This document shows, piece after piece, positions 11,426-21,556 of a DNA stretch of 64,000 bases. The stretch comes from Histomonas meleagridis 2922-C6/04-290x. Lineage: Eukaryota > Protista > Parabasalia. The position numbers were made by a program, and so were the translations under genes. Within the stretch, counting starts at the first letter, position 1; each line of letters starts with the position of its first letter. Under the pieces are notes generated by a model, which was given only the letters and a program-made list of their open reading frames with translations, was not told the DNA's origin and made no database searches. The DNA lies in NCBI GenBank assembly GCA_020184695.1, contig JAANOX010000241.1, forward strand, positions 124,001 to 188,000, written 5' to 3'.

Positions 11426-12010
11426 GTCTAAAAGACCAAATCAAGTGTGCGATGTAATGAGTTTCAGGTTGCAAAATGATAATAAATTTTGGCGGTCTTA
11501 TAATTGTTTCAAAACAAAGATTCAGTTGATAACCATGAAATATTGATTTAAATATAATAGGTGTATTAAGACATTTAGTTCGTCGACTTTTTGACAAATT
11601 GTCACTTTTTAAAAAGTGAAGTGTCGCGAATTCCCGCATTTTTGCCATTTGTTAATCAAAGGCCTTTAAACTTTTGAAAAAAATAATAAGCTTAACGAGC
11701 ATCTCAACATTATGTGATAAAAATTCACAGTTCGAATTCCTTTTTGATACAAATACATCCTTTAGATGGAATAAAATAACATTTTAAGATTTTGTATATT
11801 TTACAAAATAACCATAAAAAAGATTTATTTTTTTAATAAATGATGACTCAATATATATTTCATTGATAAATAATCATTGCATTGGAAATAATTCATATAA
11901 AAAAAAATTATAGAAGTCCTATGTTATAACATTATACCCTGTTTGAGTTATGTTAGAAAAATTATTTAGTCATTCAATAAAATATATTTATAATATTGTT
12001 TATAAAATAT

Positions 12011-14023
12011 CTAATCAAAAAAGTTTTCTTCTTCTTCTTCAAATACATTTTCTTCCTCGAAAAATTCTTCGTATTCTTCTTCATCAAATTTTTGTTCTAT
12101 TTTTTCATCTTTAAATTCATTGCGAACATTTTCATTTGGAATTTCATTTTCATTACACCATTTCGGAACTTCTTCATAACCATTAATTTCTTTATTAAAG
12201 AAGTTACTAAAAGTACCTATTTGATATTTAGAAACTTCATTAATATCATCGAAATTATTTTGAGTTTTATTATTAAACAACAAATTTAATTTTTCTTTTA
12301 TGTTTTCATTTTGAATATTAATTAGTTTCAAATAAAACTCAGATCGATCTCTAATATCGAAGTCGTGATCATTTAAACATTTATGTAATATATATAAAGG
12401 AGTTTTCGAATTTATAGAATTTGTTATAATTAATTTCGTCGAAAGTAATAACAATTGTAATTTCACTTCATTTACTTCATTATCAAGATTTCGTGTGATA
12501 AAGTTTACTAATTGTATTATAATGTTTGGATATAAATTATATAATTCATTTGCAATTAATAAAATTGCAATATGTAAATTGGAATCATTTGAAATTGAAT
12601 ATTTTTTACATATATTTTCAAATGATTTTGTTCCATTTATAATTTCATTTTTATTGATTATTATATATGATATTATTTCTGTTATTTGATATAATATTTC
12701 ATCTTTTTTAATATCGATTAAATTTATTAATGAGTTTAAACATTTTTGTATTATGTCTTCATCGTTATTATTTAATGCAATTTTACCAATCGAATTTATT
12801 GCATTTAATGATAACTTAATGTCCTTATCATTAACAATAAATATTAATTCTTTAAGTATTATATCAATGTTTGTTTGCTTTGTTATTGTTGTTAATATTT
12901 TAATTTTATTGTTTTTAATTCCATAACTATCGTTTTTATGGATTAGAAAATGATTTAAATATGGAATAAATATATAATTATATTTCGATGATATTGTAGC
13001 GATTGTTGACAACGCAATTTCGGACGTAATTTCATCTTCATAAATTAATCGAATTAATGGCTTGATAATAGAAACAATATCTTTAGAAGTAGAACAATAA
13101 TATAAATATGAAGCTGCTGTTATAATAACAGCTGAGTTCAATGAATTTAATACCTTCTTACACGCTTGAATGGCCAATAATTGATCACTTGAAATTGTCT
13201 TTTGTTGAGTAGTTTCATCCCAAAATTCGTCGTCATCTTCATCACTAATCGTTAATGGATTATGAAAACATAAGCGAGAATAGATTAATAAGGAACGTAT
13301 TATTAATACTTGTGTATAAGAATCAAAACGTTCAATTTGCGTACACATAAAACGAAAATGTGGATGAAGTAATTCAACACTTTCATTACATAATGACCAA
13401 TATAATGCTATGGAACCGCTAAATGCAATGGGATCTCGATCATTTAAAAGACGCTCAATAAGAGGAACATAATTATCAAATTCGTCAGGATCATTTTCGA
13501 CAATTTTGATTATCGAATATGCAGCTTCTTTACGAACATATGGAAAGACATCACCAACACATCGACTAACAACATCAAAAAGCATTGGTGAAACTTCTTT
13601 GACTGTAATAGAACTCATTAATTTTAAAGACATTAAGCGAATAATTGGATCAGAATCTGTGAGATATTTTTGAAACATGTTGACACACAACATGGCTGTA
13701 TCTGGTTGTTCATTGATATAATAGTTTAAAAAAATACAGACATATTGTCTACATGCTAAATCAGAATTTGCCATTAATTGAAGAACACTTGGACAAAATT
13801 CTTCAACGTCATAACCTTTGGATAATAATGCTAGTAACATTTTTATAGCTGTTATATGATTTGATATATTTTTACTTTGGATTAAATTCGAAATTTGATT
13901 TAATGTTTGTTTCATTTGTTCTTCTTTATTAACAAAAGAATCAATTTTTGGTGATTCTTCTTCTACATATTTTGTTGTTTGCTGTTGAAAATTGCTAGAT
14001 CCATAAGAACCAAGGTTTGACAT
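12011..14023 (-). CDS. Adaptin beta subunit, AP-3 beta-like (trunk plus acidic tail)
   Basis: Adaptin_N motifs (LLALLSKGYDV, DPIIRLMSLK, PYVRKEAA, DFDIRDR) and an AP-3 beta-like acidic insert DDDDEFWDE. No ear domain. Confidence 0.7.
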   Translation of the reverse strand: MSNLGSYGSSNFQQQTTKYVEEESPKIDSFVNKEEQMKQTLNQISNLIQSKNISNHITAIKMLLALLSKGYDVEEFCPSVLQLMANSDLACRQYVCIFLNYYINEQPDTAMLCVNMFQKYLTDSDPIIRLMSLKLMSSITVKEVSPMLFDVVSRCVGDVFPYVRKEAAYSIIKIVENDPDEFDNYVPLIERLLNDRDPIAFSGSIALYWSLCNESVELLHPHFRFMCTQIERFDSYTQVLIIRSLLIYSRLCFHNPLTISDEDDDEFWDETTQQKTISSDQLLAIQACKKVLNSLNSAVIITAASYLYYCSTSKDIVSIIKPLIRLIYEDEITSEIALSTIATISSKYNYIFIPYLNHFLIHKNDSYGIKNNKIKILTTITKQTNIDIILKELIFIVNDKDIKLSLNAINSIGKIALNNNDEDIIQKCLNSLINLIDIKKDEILYQITEIISYIIINKNEIINGTKSFENICKKYSISNDSNLHIAILLIANELYNLYPNIIIQLVNFITRNLDNEVNEVKLQLLLLSTKLIITNSINSKTPLYILHKCLNDHDFDIRDRSEFYLKLINIQNENIKEKLNLLFNNKTQNNFDDINEVSKYQIGTFSNFFNKEINGYEEVPKWCNENEIPNENVRNEFKDEKIEQKFDEEEYEEFFEEENVFEEEEENFFD

Positions 14024-14457
14024 CTGTAATATCGTTCCGGTTTACGAAGACGTTAACAACGTTTAGTCAACCGTTATTTTTAACGGGATGTCCTCTTTCC
14101 TAATATTCGATTTGGAAGGATTTGATCAAAAACCTTTGTCTACTTCGACCATTTAAACTAAAAATGGAAGATTTTCCTCAGATGAGATGAAAATGAAGAA
14201 AAAATTAATTTTTAAAGTTCTCAATTCCAACGATCATTTTCCTCACAAATTCGCGAACATTTGGTTGTAAAATTACGATATGTATTGAATTTATGGGAGT
14301 TTAAAAAATTCAATAACAAAAACACCTTCCTGCCATTGAAAAAGCACTATCGTTAAATACGATCGACCGATGGTAAAAACTGTGGGAAATGCTTATTTTA
14401 ATAAATGCTATGTCTTATTGTACTAAATTCAAGATTTTATTCGTTTATTTTCAGAAC

Positions 14458-15006
14458 TTACTGGATATTACAGCAACCACCTTTTCCTTCATCTTTTCTT
14501 AAAAGTAATTCGCCGATTTTTTGGAAAGCTTCATCAACTCCTGCTTTAGTCATAGCGGAAGTTTCAAGGAACAAGCCTTTATACTTGTCAGCAATGGCTT
14601 TTCCTTCTTGAGATGGGACTTGCCTTTGGTCAGCTAAATCGCACTTATTTCCAAGTAATATAAATTTGAAGGGTTCTCCTTCTTTCAAAACTGAAATTTG
14701 CTCAAGAAGGTTTTCAGTCATCTTCAATGAGCTAAGTTCTACAATAGAATAGACGACAATAAATGCATCTCCGTCAGCTAAAAACTTATCTCTTAAAGCC
14801 TTATATTCTTCTTGCCCTGCTGTATCAGCGATTTCAACATTTAAAACGCGACCATCTGCCATTTTGATTTCGCATTCATAATTATTTTCGAGTGTTGGTT
14901 CATAACCGAGTGTGAACTTATCACGAATGTAACGAACGACAATTGATGTTTTTCCAACACCACCATCGCCAACAATTACGACCATCTGCTTACCACTGTG
15001 GGACAT
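14458..15006 (-). CDS. Ras-family small GTPase
   Basis: GDGGVGKT, YEPTLE effector loop, DTAGQEE, NKCD, ETSA; C-terminal CCNIQ prenylation box. Confidence 0.92.
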   Translation of the reverse strand: MSHSGKQMVVIVGDGGVGKTSIVVRYIRDKFTLGYEPTLENNYECEIKMADGRVLNVEIADTAGQEEYKALRDKFLADGDAFIVVYSIVELSSLKMTENLLEQISVLKEGEPFKFILLGNKCDLADQRQVPSQEGKAIADKYKGLFLETSAMTKAGVDEAFQKIGELLLRKDEGKGGCCNIQ

Positions 15007-15839
15007 TCCAAATTGTTTAATAACCTTGGGTTTTGACGGTTTTGATCAACTTTTTGGCAACTAACCGAAATTCTCACATAAAAATTCCTTGTTCAAAAGT
15101 TTTTCAAAACCATTTTCAAAATTCAAAAATCTTCGCGACTCGTTTATAGTTCTTAATATACATTCTATAATTTTAACATATTATGTCCTTTTTTTCTAAA
15201 TAATTAAATAAGACGAATGAAGTCATGTATTTATGAAAATATTTTGATTTTGATTTTTTTGATTTTTGAATGTTAACGTATGATATGGGATGGCGCCTTG
15301 AGGTAAAACTACAAAAAGGTTGAAAATTGAGTTAAGAACCATTAAATTTTCACGAAAAAATGAAATTTGATAATGCCAACAATGATTTTATTTATAATCT
15401 TATGCGTTAGCAATATTCATTCATTTAATCATGCCATGTCATTAATATTGAAAAAGTGGTGTGTTTTACCTGTTTCCAAATAATACTTGTGCAAGAAATT
15501 TATTAAAGAAGAAGATAGTATGTTTTATCACTAAAAATAAAATCACATCGAATTTTACTTTGATTATTTTGCTTTTCATTATTACTCCTTAAATAATAAC
15601 TTCGATTTAACATGGGGCTCTTGATTGGAATTTTTAAATACTTTACTTCCGATAAAAGAGAAGGTATCAAACTGAAATTTTGAATTAAATTCTGGATAAA
15701 TTTGATAGGTCAAAACTTTCGTTTAAATTTCTCTAAATTTCGATAATTACGAAAACATACAAAAAAAATATGTTATATATTGTGTTATGATTTAAAAAAA
15801 ACAAATCATTTAAATAAGAAGTAGAATCGAATCTATGAT

Positions 15840-16580
15840 TTATTTACATTCAACTAACATAGGAATATTGTTATTGAAATCAATAAATCCTAAATCAAAC
15901 TGGTTTTCTTCGACTTTCAGAGCGCGCATTATATTTGCAATTTCGTATGAACTTGTTTTATTTCCGCAAATTACTATTGAGTCATTAGCACAAATTCCTG
16001 ACTTCAAGACATTATCTCCACTATTAACTGTGGCAGTACAAATTTGCAATCCAGTTAATTCAGATAAAGATTCAATTTCTTCTTCAGTTGCCATCGAAGA
16101 AACAATTCCACCATTGTTTGTTAGAATACAGTAACTTCCAATTGATGATTCTTTAGCAATTGTAATTGGTATTGGTTCAACACATAATGTATCAGCTAAA
16201 TCTTCTAATGTTGAATTTGATAACTCTTCGCTCACAAGTGCAATATGATCATTACATGCAATCATATTACCAAGAGCCGAATTTAATTCATCTGTTCTTC
16301 TGATTTTAATTTCAGGAAGTTCTTCTTTCAAATATTTGATTTCATTCTTTGGAATTATATTAGGTGCCAAAATTCCATACTTATTTCCAACAATTAAACA
16401 ACTGACAATTGATGTACCAGCAAGGTCTGTAGTGATAATTGGACATTTGTTTCCATGGCAAGTTTCCATAATACTTGATATTTTTGATGATGCTATTTGT
16501 GAATTTATCAAGTAGCTGTTTGTTAAGAGTGTGTAAGCTCCGATGAATGATGATCCTTCTATTGAACAACGGAAAACCAT
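15840..16580 (-). CDS. EIF6: Translation initiation factor 6 (eIF6), divergent
   Basis: IGAYTLLTNSY, SALGNMIACND, IGSYCILTNNGGIV and TVNSG motifs of the eIF6 pentein repeats. Confidence 0.85.
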   Translation of the reverse strand: MVFRCSIEGSSFIGAYTLLTNSYLINSQIASSKISSIMETCHGNKCPIITTDLAGTSIVSCLIVGNKYGILAPNIIPKNEIKYLKEELPEIKIRRTDELNSALGNMIACNDHIALVSEELSNSTLEDLADTLCVEPIPITIAKESSIGSYCILTNNGGIVSSMATEEEIESLSELTGLQICTATVNSGDNVLKSGICANDSIVICGNKTSSYEIANIMRALKVEENQFDLGFIDFNNNIPMLVECK

Positions 16581-16909
16581 ATTAAAAAATGATGTGATAG
16601 TTTTTCTTCACATTTCCCCTGAAATAACCGTTTATAAACCCAAAAATTGAATGCAAAATTTTTTGGTTTCAGTGTTTAAACTGTTTACGGTCCGGCATAA
16701 AAGTGCTAACCAATTGCTTATAAAGTGTAATAAATAGACACACAACAAAATCAATTTTTTATTATAAATCTTGAATAAAACTTAAAGTAAATGACAACTT
16801 GTTGAGCATAACACTCATATAAATTTTGACACATTGTTTTTAACAAATATATTTGTTAATTTTAGAAAAAAAATTTCTTTGTTAATAAAGAAATAATAAA
16901 AAAGATAAT

Positions 16910-17317
16910 TTATTTCCTTGCTTTTTTGGCTTCACGCTTGAGACGTGCTCTTTCAGCAGAATCTTTCTTACCACCAACATTATATGCTGATTGACTTGAA
17001 TTTCCATTAACTTTCAAGTCATTTGCGATTGCTTTAAAAAGTTTTTTCCTTGTATTTATTGTTGGATTGATTGGAACTTTTTTCCCATTTTCTTCTTTGA
17101 AAAACACAACAGATAACCTACCGAAACGCCAGAAATCCCTCGGGTGTCTTCTTTCTTGCTCCAATTTTGCTTCAAATCCTAATGTTTTAACAGCACGAAG
17201 CATTGCATTAATGTTTGGATTTTCGATTCCATCTTCTTTTGATATTTTTCTCCCTTCGGTTATTTTTATTGCAGAATCTAAATAGAGTGGATAAACTTTA
17301 ACTTCGTTGTGATTCAT
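16910..17317 (-). CDS. SRP19: Signal recognition particle 19 kDa protein
   Basis: VYPLYLDS...EGRKIS, ENP and RHPRDFWRFGRLSV motifs. Confidence 0.88.
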   Translation of the reverse strand: MNHNEVKVYPLYLDSAIKITEGRKISKEDGIENPNINAMLRAVKTLGFEAKLEQERRHPRDFWRFGRLSVVFFKEENGKKVPINPTINTRKKLFKAIANDLKVNGNSSQSAYNVGGKKDSAERARLKREAKKARK

Positions 17318-17388
17318 TGGCTAATTGGTTGTTTCAGAAGTTATACAAAAAGTGCCTTTATATTAATGTCACTTTTCCATATAAGCAA

Positions 17389-17630
17389 ATGGTATGTTTG
17401 TGTTCTAACATCAGGCAATTATCTTTCATTTGGATGGTGTCATCACCCTTTTGTTGATTGCAATTTGTACAGCATATTATGCAAAAGGATTTCTTCCAGG
17501 ATTTTTTGATCAAAAAAGTGAAACACCATATAAAGCTACACTTTGGAAACTTGCAAGGTTGGGAGAAAGGCTATCACCGTGGATTTCAATTTCTTTGATA
17601 ATATTGGGAATTAGGCATTTCGTATTCTAA
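17389..17630 (+). CDS. TMEM167: Protein Kish (TMEM167), two exons: ATG 17389-17391 and 17415-17630
   Basis: LLLIAICTAYY...LWKLARLGERLSPWIS matches Kish. The ORF lacks an ATG unless the 23-nt intron is removed, which gives MAIIFHLDGV. Confidence 0.85.
17392..17414 (+). other. Canonical 23-nt spliceosomal intron GTATGTTTGTGTTCTAACATCAG
   Basis: GTATG donor, branch CTAAC fused to the CAG acceptor; removal restores the frame directly after the start codon. Confidence 0.85.
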
Positions 17631-17915
17631 TTTTTTTTATTAAACATTTACAAAATAATCACATACTCATGATAAGCTTCTTGGGTAAGGCTTTTTTTAC
17701 AAATACTTTCCCCTTATTTTTGATTAATCTAATATCTTTTATATTGTTATTTAAAAAATTACATCAATTCACCACAAAATTTATGCTTTAGTGCTTCCTT
17801 CATATTCTGTATCTATGCTTTTTTTTTGTTATGCTGTGGTGTTTTGCATTTTTTCTTCTTTGCGGCACTTTTTTGCTAATTGGCTGGCTGATTAGCAGAA
17901 AAATAGCTATTTTCA

Positions 17916-20015
17916 ATGGATCCAAGAACTATTTTAAGGTGTTACATTACACAAGCACTAGAGGGTTGTGATGGTCTTGATTGCGATAATGTTGAATGTT
18001 GTTCTTGTAAAAATTTTGTAAACAAAAATTCAACAAGAAAAGAAATATTTAGCCATGCAACTGAACTAGCCAAAAAGCATGGAACGGACCCAAAGCTTTG
18101 TAAAAACTTATCACCACTTCAAACAAATCCAAATCTCAAGGAAATTATTTCAAAATTCCCAACACATGTTCAATTTTTAAAGAAGGAAGTTGATTCTACA
18201 ATGCTCGTGAACTTGTTCAAAGAGCCAGAAGCATTTTCATATTTTTTATTATCCAATAATGAACGTTTTTCATTTACAAATTTAGCACTGGACGATAATC
18301 TTTTAAAAGATTTTTATCAAGATCTTGAAGACAATTCTGACATGCTTAAAGATGTATTAGAACCCTTAAATGCACTTGCAACTAAGTTATCCCAAGCTCG
18401 CTTACATACATTTTATAATATTCGTGCACATATACTTTGTCTGTTTTTCTTATCTCTTTTCCCATGCTCAGATGGGACAGAGCCTGTATATTCCTTAGTT
18501 GACAATATAATGATAAATTTCAGAAATCATTTTGATTATATAATCACCCAAATTTCAAAATTGCCATTTGTTTTCACACGAATTCTTGAACTAGTTCAAG
18601 AAAGTCTTACTGTTTATACCATTCTTAATATCGAAGATCCATATGTTTCAAAAGTTGAACGATTATCAACTTTCATTCATTTTCTTTCACAACATAACAA
18701 ACAAAGTGCTTCAACTCTTTACTCCAATGACATTCTTTCCGATAGTCTTTATGATAAGCAATGGCTTGAGCGAGAACTTATTTCACACATCAAAAAGTCG
18801 AAAAGATTCCATTTCTTAATGTGTTACTCTGTTCTCAACTTAAGTTATAAGTCGCGAATTCTAAGTGAATTTCAAGTATTTACTCAAGAGTCATATGCAC
18901 GTGAGAACTTATTACGAATGTTAACCACAGAACATCGCCAAATCTCACAACGTGATCTTCAATTACATTTAGAAGTTCAACGAAATAATTTGATAGAAGA
19001 CACTTTAAAACAAATTTCCAATTTTTCGAGTGAACAACTTTTATTAAGACTTGTAGTTGAGTTTAAGGGAGAACAAGGTGTTGACGTTGGAGGTGTATCA
19101 CGTGAATTCTTTTATTTGTTATGTAACAATTTATTTTCGGCTGATTATGGAATGTTTACAAAGACATCAAATGGTAAATATTGGTTTGCTAAAGGGTCCG
19201 AAACTACAGCATCGCCATTTTATTTCTCATTATTTGGTACTATTGTTGGGTTAGCGATCTATAATAGTATTATATTACCAATTCGATTTCCAATTGCATT
19301 ATATAAGAAGTTATCTGGTGAAACACTTACAATTGAAGATTATTATGAAATTGACCCAACATTAGTAACTTCATTACTTAAAATGAAAGAAATGATTAAA
19401 GAAAACATTGATATTTCAGATGCAGAATTAACATTTTCGATAACGATTGATAACTTTGGTGCAATTAAAGAAATTCCACTTAAAGAAAATGGTGAAAATA
19501 TTTATGTTAATAATCAAAACTTTGATGAATATTTCGAATTATATAAGGAATACTTATTCGATAAATCAATACAAAAACAATTTAATAATTTCCAAAAAGG
19601 TTATAAACGATTATGTAATAACAATTTGTTAAGTATATTCAAAAGTGACGAGCTCGACGTTTTAGTAAGTGGAGAAGAAATAGTCGATTGGAGTTTACTA
19701 AAGGAAAATACACAATACTCCGATGGGTATGATGAGAACTCAATACAAATTAAATGGTTTTGGGAAATTTTCGACGAAATGAATGATGAGCAAAAACAAA
19801 TGTTCTTTAGATTCTCAACAGGAAGTGATCGAATACCTGTAACTGGTCTAAGTGCTTTCAAATTGGTCATCCAAAAGACAAATGATCCAACAAAATTACC
19901 GATTTCACATACATGCTTTAATATATTCGCATTGCCTACATATGAATCAAAGGAAATAATGAAGGAGAAAATAATGATATCAATACAAAATACTGAAGGA
20001 TTTGGATTGATTTGA
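17916..20015 (+). CDS. HECT-domain E3 ubiquitin ligase
   Basis: VEFKGEQGVDVGGVSREFF, QIKWFWE, FSTGSDRIP and LPISHTCFN (catalytic Cys) ending EGFGLI. Confidence 0.93.
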   Translation: MDPRTILRCYITQALEGCDGLDCDNVECCSCKNFVNKNSTRKEIFSHATELAKKHGTDPKLCKNLSPLQTNPNLKEIISKFPTHVQFLKKEVDSTMLVNLFKEPEAFSYFLLSNNERFSFTNLALDDNLLKDFYQDLEDNSDMLKDVLEPLNALATKLSQARLHTFYNIRAHILCLFFLSLFPCSDGTEPVYSLVDNIMINFRNHFDYIITQISKLPFVFTRILELVQESLTVYTILNIEDPYVSKVERLSTFIHFLSQHNKQSASTLYSNDILSDSLYDKQWLERELISHIKKSKRFHFLMCYSVLNLSYKSRILSEFQVFTQESYARENLLRMLTTEHRQISQRDLQLHLEVQRNNLIEDTLKQISNFSSEQLLLRLVVEFKGEQGVDVGGVSREFFYLLCNNLFSADYGMFTKTSNGKYWFAKGSETTASPFYFSLFGTIVGLAIYNSIILPIRFPIALYKKLSGETLTIEDYYEIDPTLVTSLLKMKEMIKENIDISDAELTFSITIDNFGAIKEIPLKENGENIYVNNQNFDEYFELYKEYLFDKSIQKQFNNFQKGYKRLCNNNLLSIFKSDELDVLVSGEEIVDWSLLKENTQYSDGYDENSIQIKWFWEIFDEMNDEQKQMFFRFSTGSDRIPVTGLSAFKLVIQKTNDPTKLPISHTCFNIFALPTYESKEIMKEKIMISIQNTEGFGLI

Positions 20016-20407
20016 TTTCTTTTATAAAAAATTCTATTTCGATTTTACAAATTGTTATTAATGCGTATTATGAAATTATGAGTATATGTTTAATAAAGTA
20101 CTAAGAATTAGTGTGAGTCCAAATGTACATTTTTCGTATCCATCGTAAGGAAACTGTTGACATTTCATTCTCTGATAATCATAGCAAATTATTTTGAATG
20201 TATTACATATAGGGAAAATATATTTGAAAATTATTCAAAACTCAGAAACTAAATATGCAATTTTCTTTTTCGAAGGTTATATATATTGATAATAAAGTGA
20301 ATTTTTTAAAGATTCATATTTTAAGATATAATAAATATCATATAAAAATAATCATTTTCTTGAATTTGTTTATTTATTATATTTATTATGATGAAATAAG
20401 ATATTAA

Positions 20408-20646
20408 TCATTTATGTATGCATCTGAAAAAGGTTATACAGAAACAGTTAAATTTCTTCTTGAACAAGAAGGAATTGATATTAATACTAAAGATATTTAT
20501 TTGTTTTATTTGATATTTATTTTAATAATTTTATATTTCAAAATAATATTTGGAAATTATTTAAATAATTTAGAACAGCACTTATGTATGCATCTTCATA
20601 TGATAAGATAGAAATACATTTCAATATAATGGATTGTGTTTTATAA
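20408..20646 (+). pseudogene. Isolated ankyrin-repeat relic (about 1.5 repeats) containing one intact spacer array
   Basis: SFMYASEKGYTETVKFLLEQEGIDINTKD-[array]-TALMYASS, then degenerates. Preceded by an in-frame TAA; no N-terminal domain found. Confidence 0.7.
20495..20574 (+). other. 4 x (17-nt spacer + codon) array; slots GAT TAT GGA AGA = D Y G R
   Basis: Codons at 20512, 20532, 20552 and 20572 give NTKD-DYGR-TALMYAS. Confidence 0.9.
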
Positions 20647-21556
20647 TGATTTATAATATGATTTATTATTTCACTTTTTCATATAAAATAAAGCAATCAA
20701 TAAATTTGTAAATTAAACAAATTTTACTTATCGTGCCCGAATTGGGTGCACTTTTCAGAAAAGTCCATTTCGGTTCAGTTTGGCCTCATTCACTCACTCT
20801 ATAGTCGGCACAAGTTCAAAGGCACTGGGTTTGTATCATTTTTGTGACTGTGAAATAGATTTTCCGCAGATATTATAACATTATTGAAGTTAATATTTGA
20901 ATCATCTACATAAGGCATCTGTCGCTTATTGGTTGTATTGTCAGGAATCCATTTTTTTCATTATTTTCACCCCTTAATCGAATTGTAGCTACAGATATGT
21001 TCTCCTAATTTTGTCACTTTTCTGATGTTACACAAAACTAGTCAAAAACAATGATCCTGTTTTTGGCAAACTCCAGATGTAATGTGGCAATTTTTGTATG
21101 TGTGTGTCCCATTATCTTCCACTCTGAAAAATTCATTGATTTTTCCTGAAGTCAGATCTTCAGATACTTCAGGTAAGGAAGTACTGAATGTTTTTTTTAT
21201 GGTGTAAAAATTTAAAACTTTAGTGCATGCAATATTACATTATTTTCATTGGTATTTTCAAAAATATCAATTATATATAACTAATAGTAATAAGATACAA
21301 TGCTAGAACATAATATATTTATGCTATCAACATTTGTATTAACCGTTATTTTATCCTGAAAATATTTATTATACGAAAACAATAAACATGTTTGTTATAA
21401 CTCATTGTGCAAGATTGCAAAAACGGTTGTTCCTAGAAAAACCCGAGGAAATTGAAGGTATTCTACTCGATCATCTCAATAATTTGAATACAGCGTTCAA
21501 AAATCTGTGTTGAAGCCCTAGAAATAACTAAAGAACATTTTTTTTCTATTTACAGG

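Larger units (their letters stand above)
9276..11632 (+). mobile_element. Mutator-like (MULE) DNA transposon, decayed
   Basis: 32-bp inverted repeats at 9276-9307 and 11601-11632 (30/32 identical) enclose fragmented transposase-like coding sequence. No TSD was found. Confidence 0.75.

Noticed and set aside
9260-11650. Target-site duplication for the Mutator-like element
   Set aside because: No 8-10-bp direct repeat flanks the 32-bp inverted repeats.
20700-21500. Possible coding or transposon remnants in 20700-21500, 31900-32700 and 55100-57000
   Set aside because: Only short stop-interrupted frames with no recognisable motif, and no 20-nt spacer grid detected by eye.
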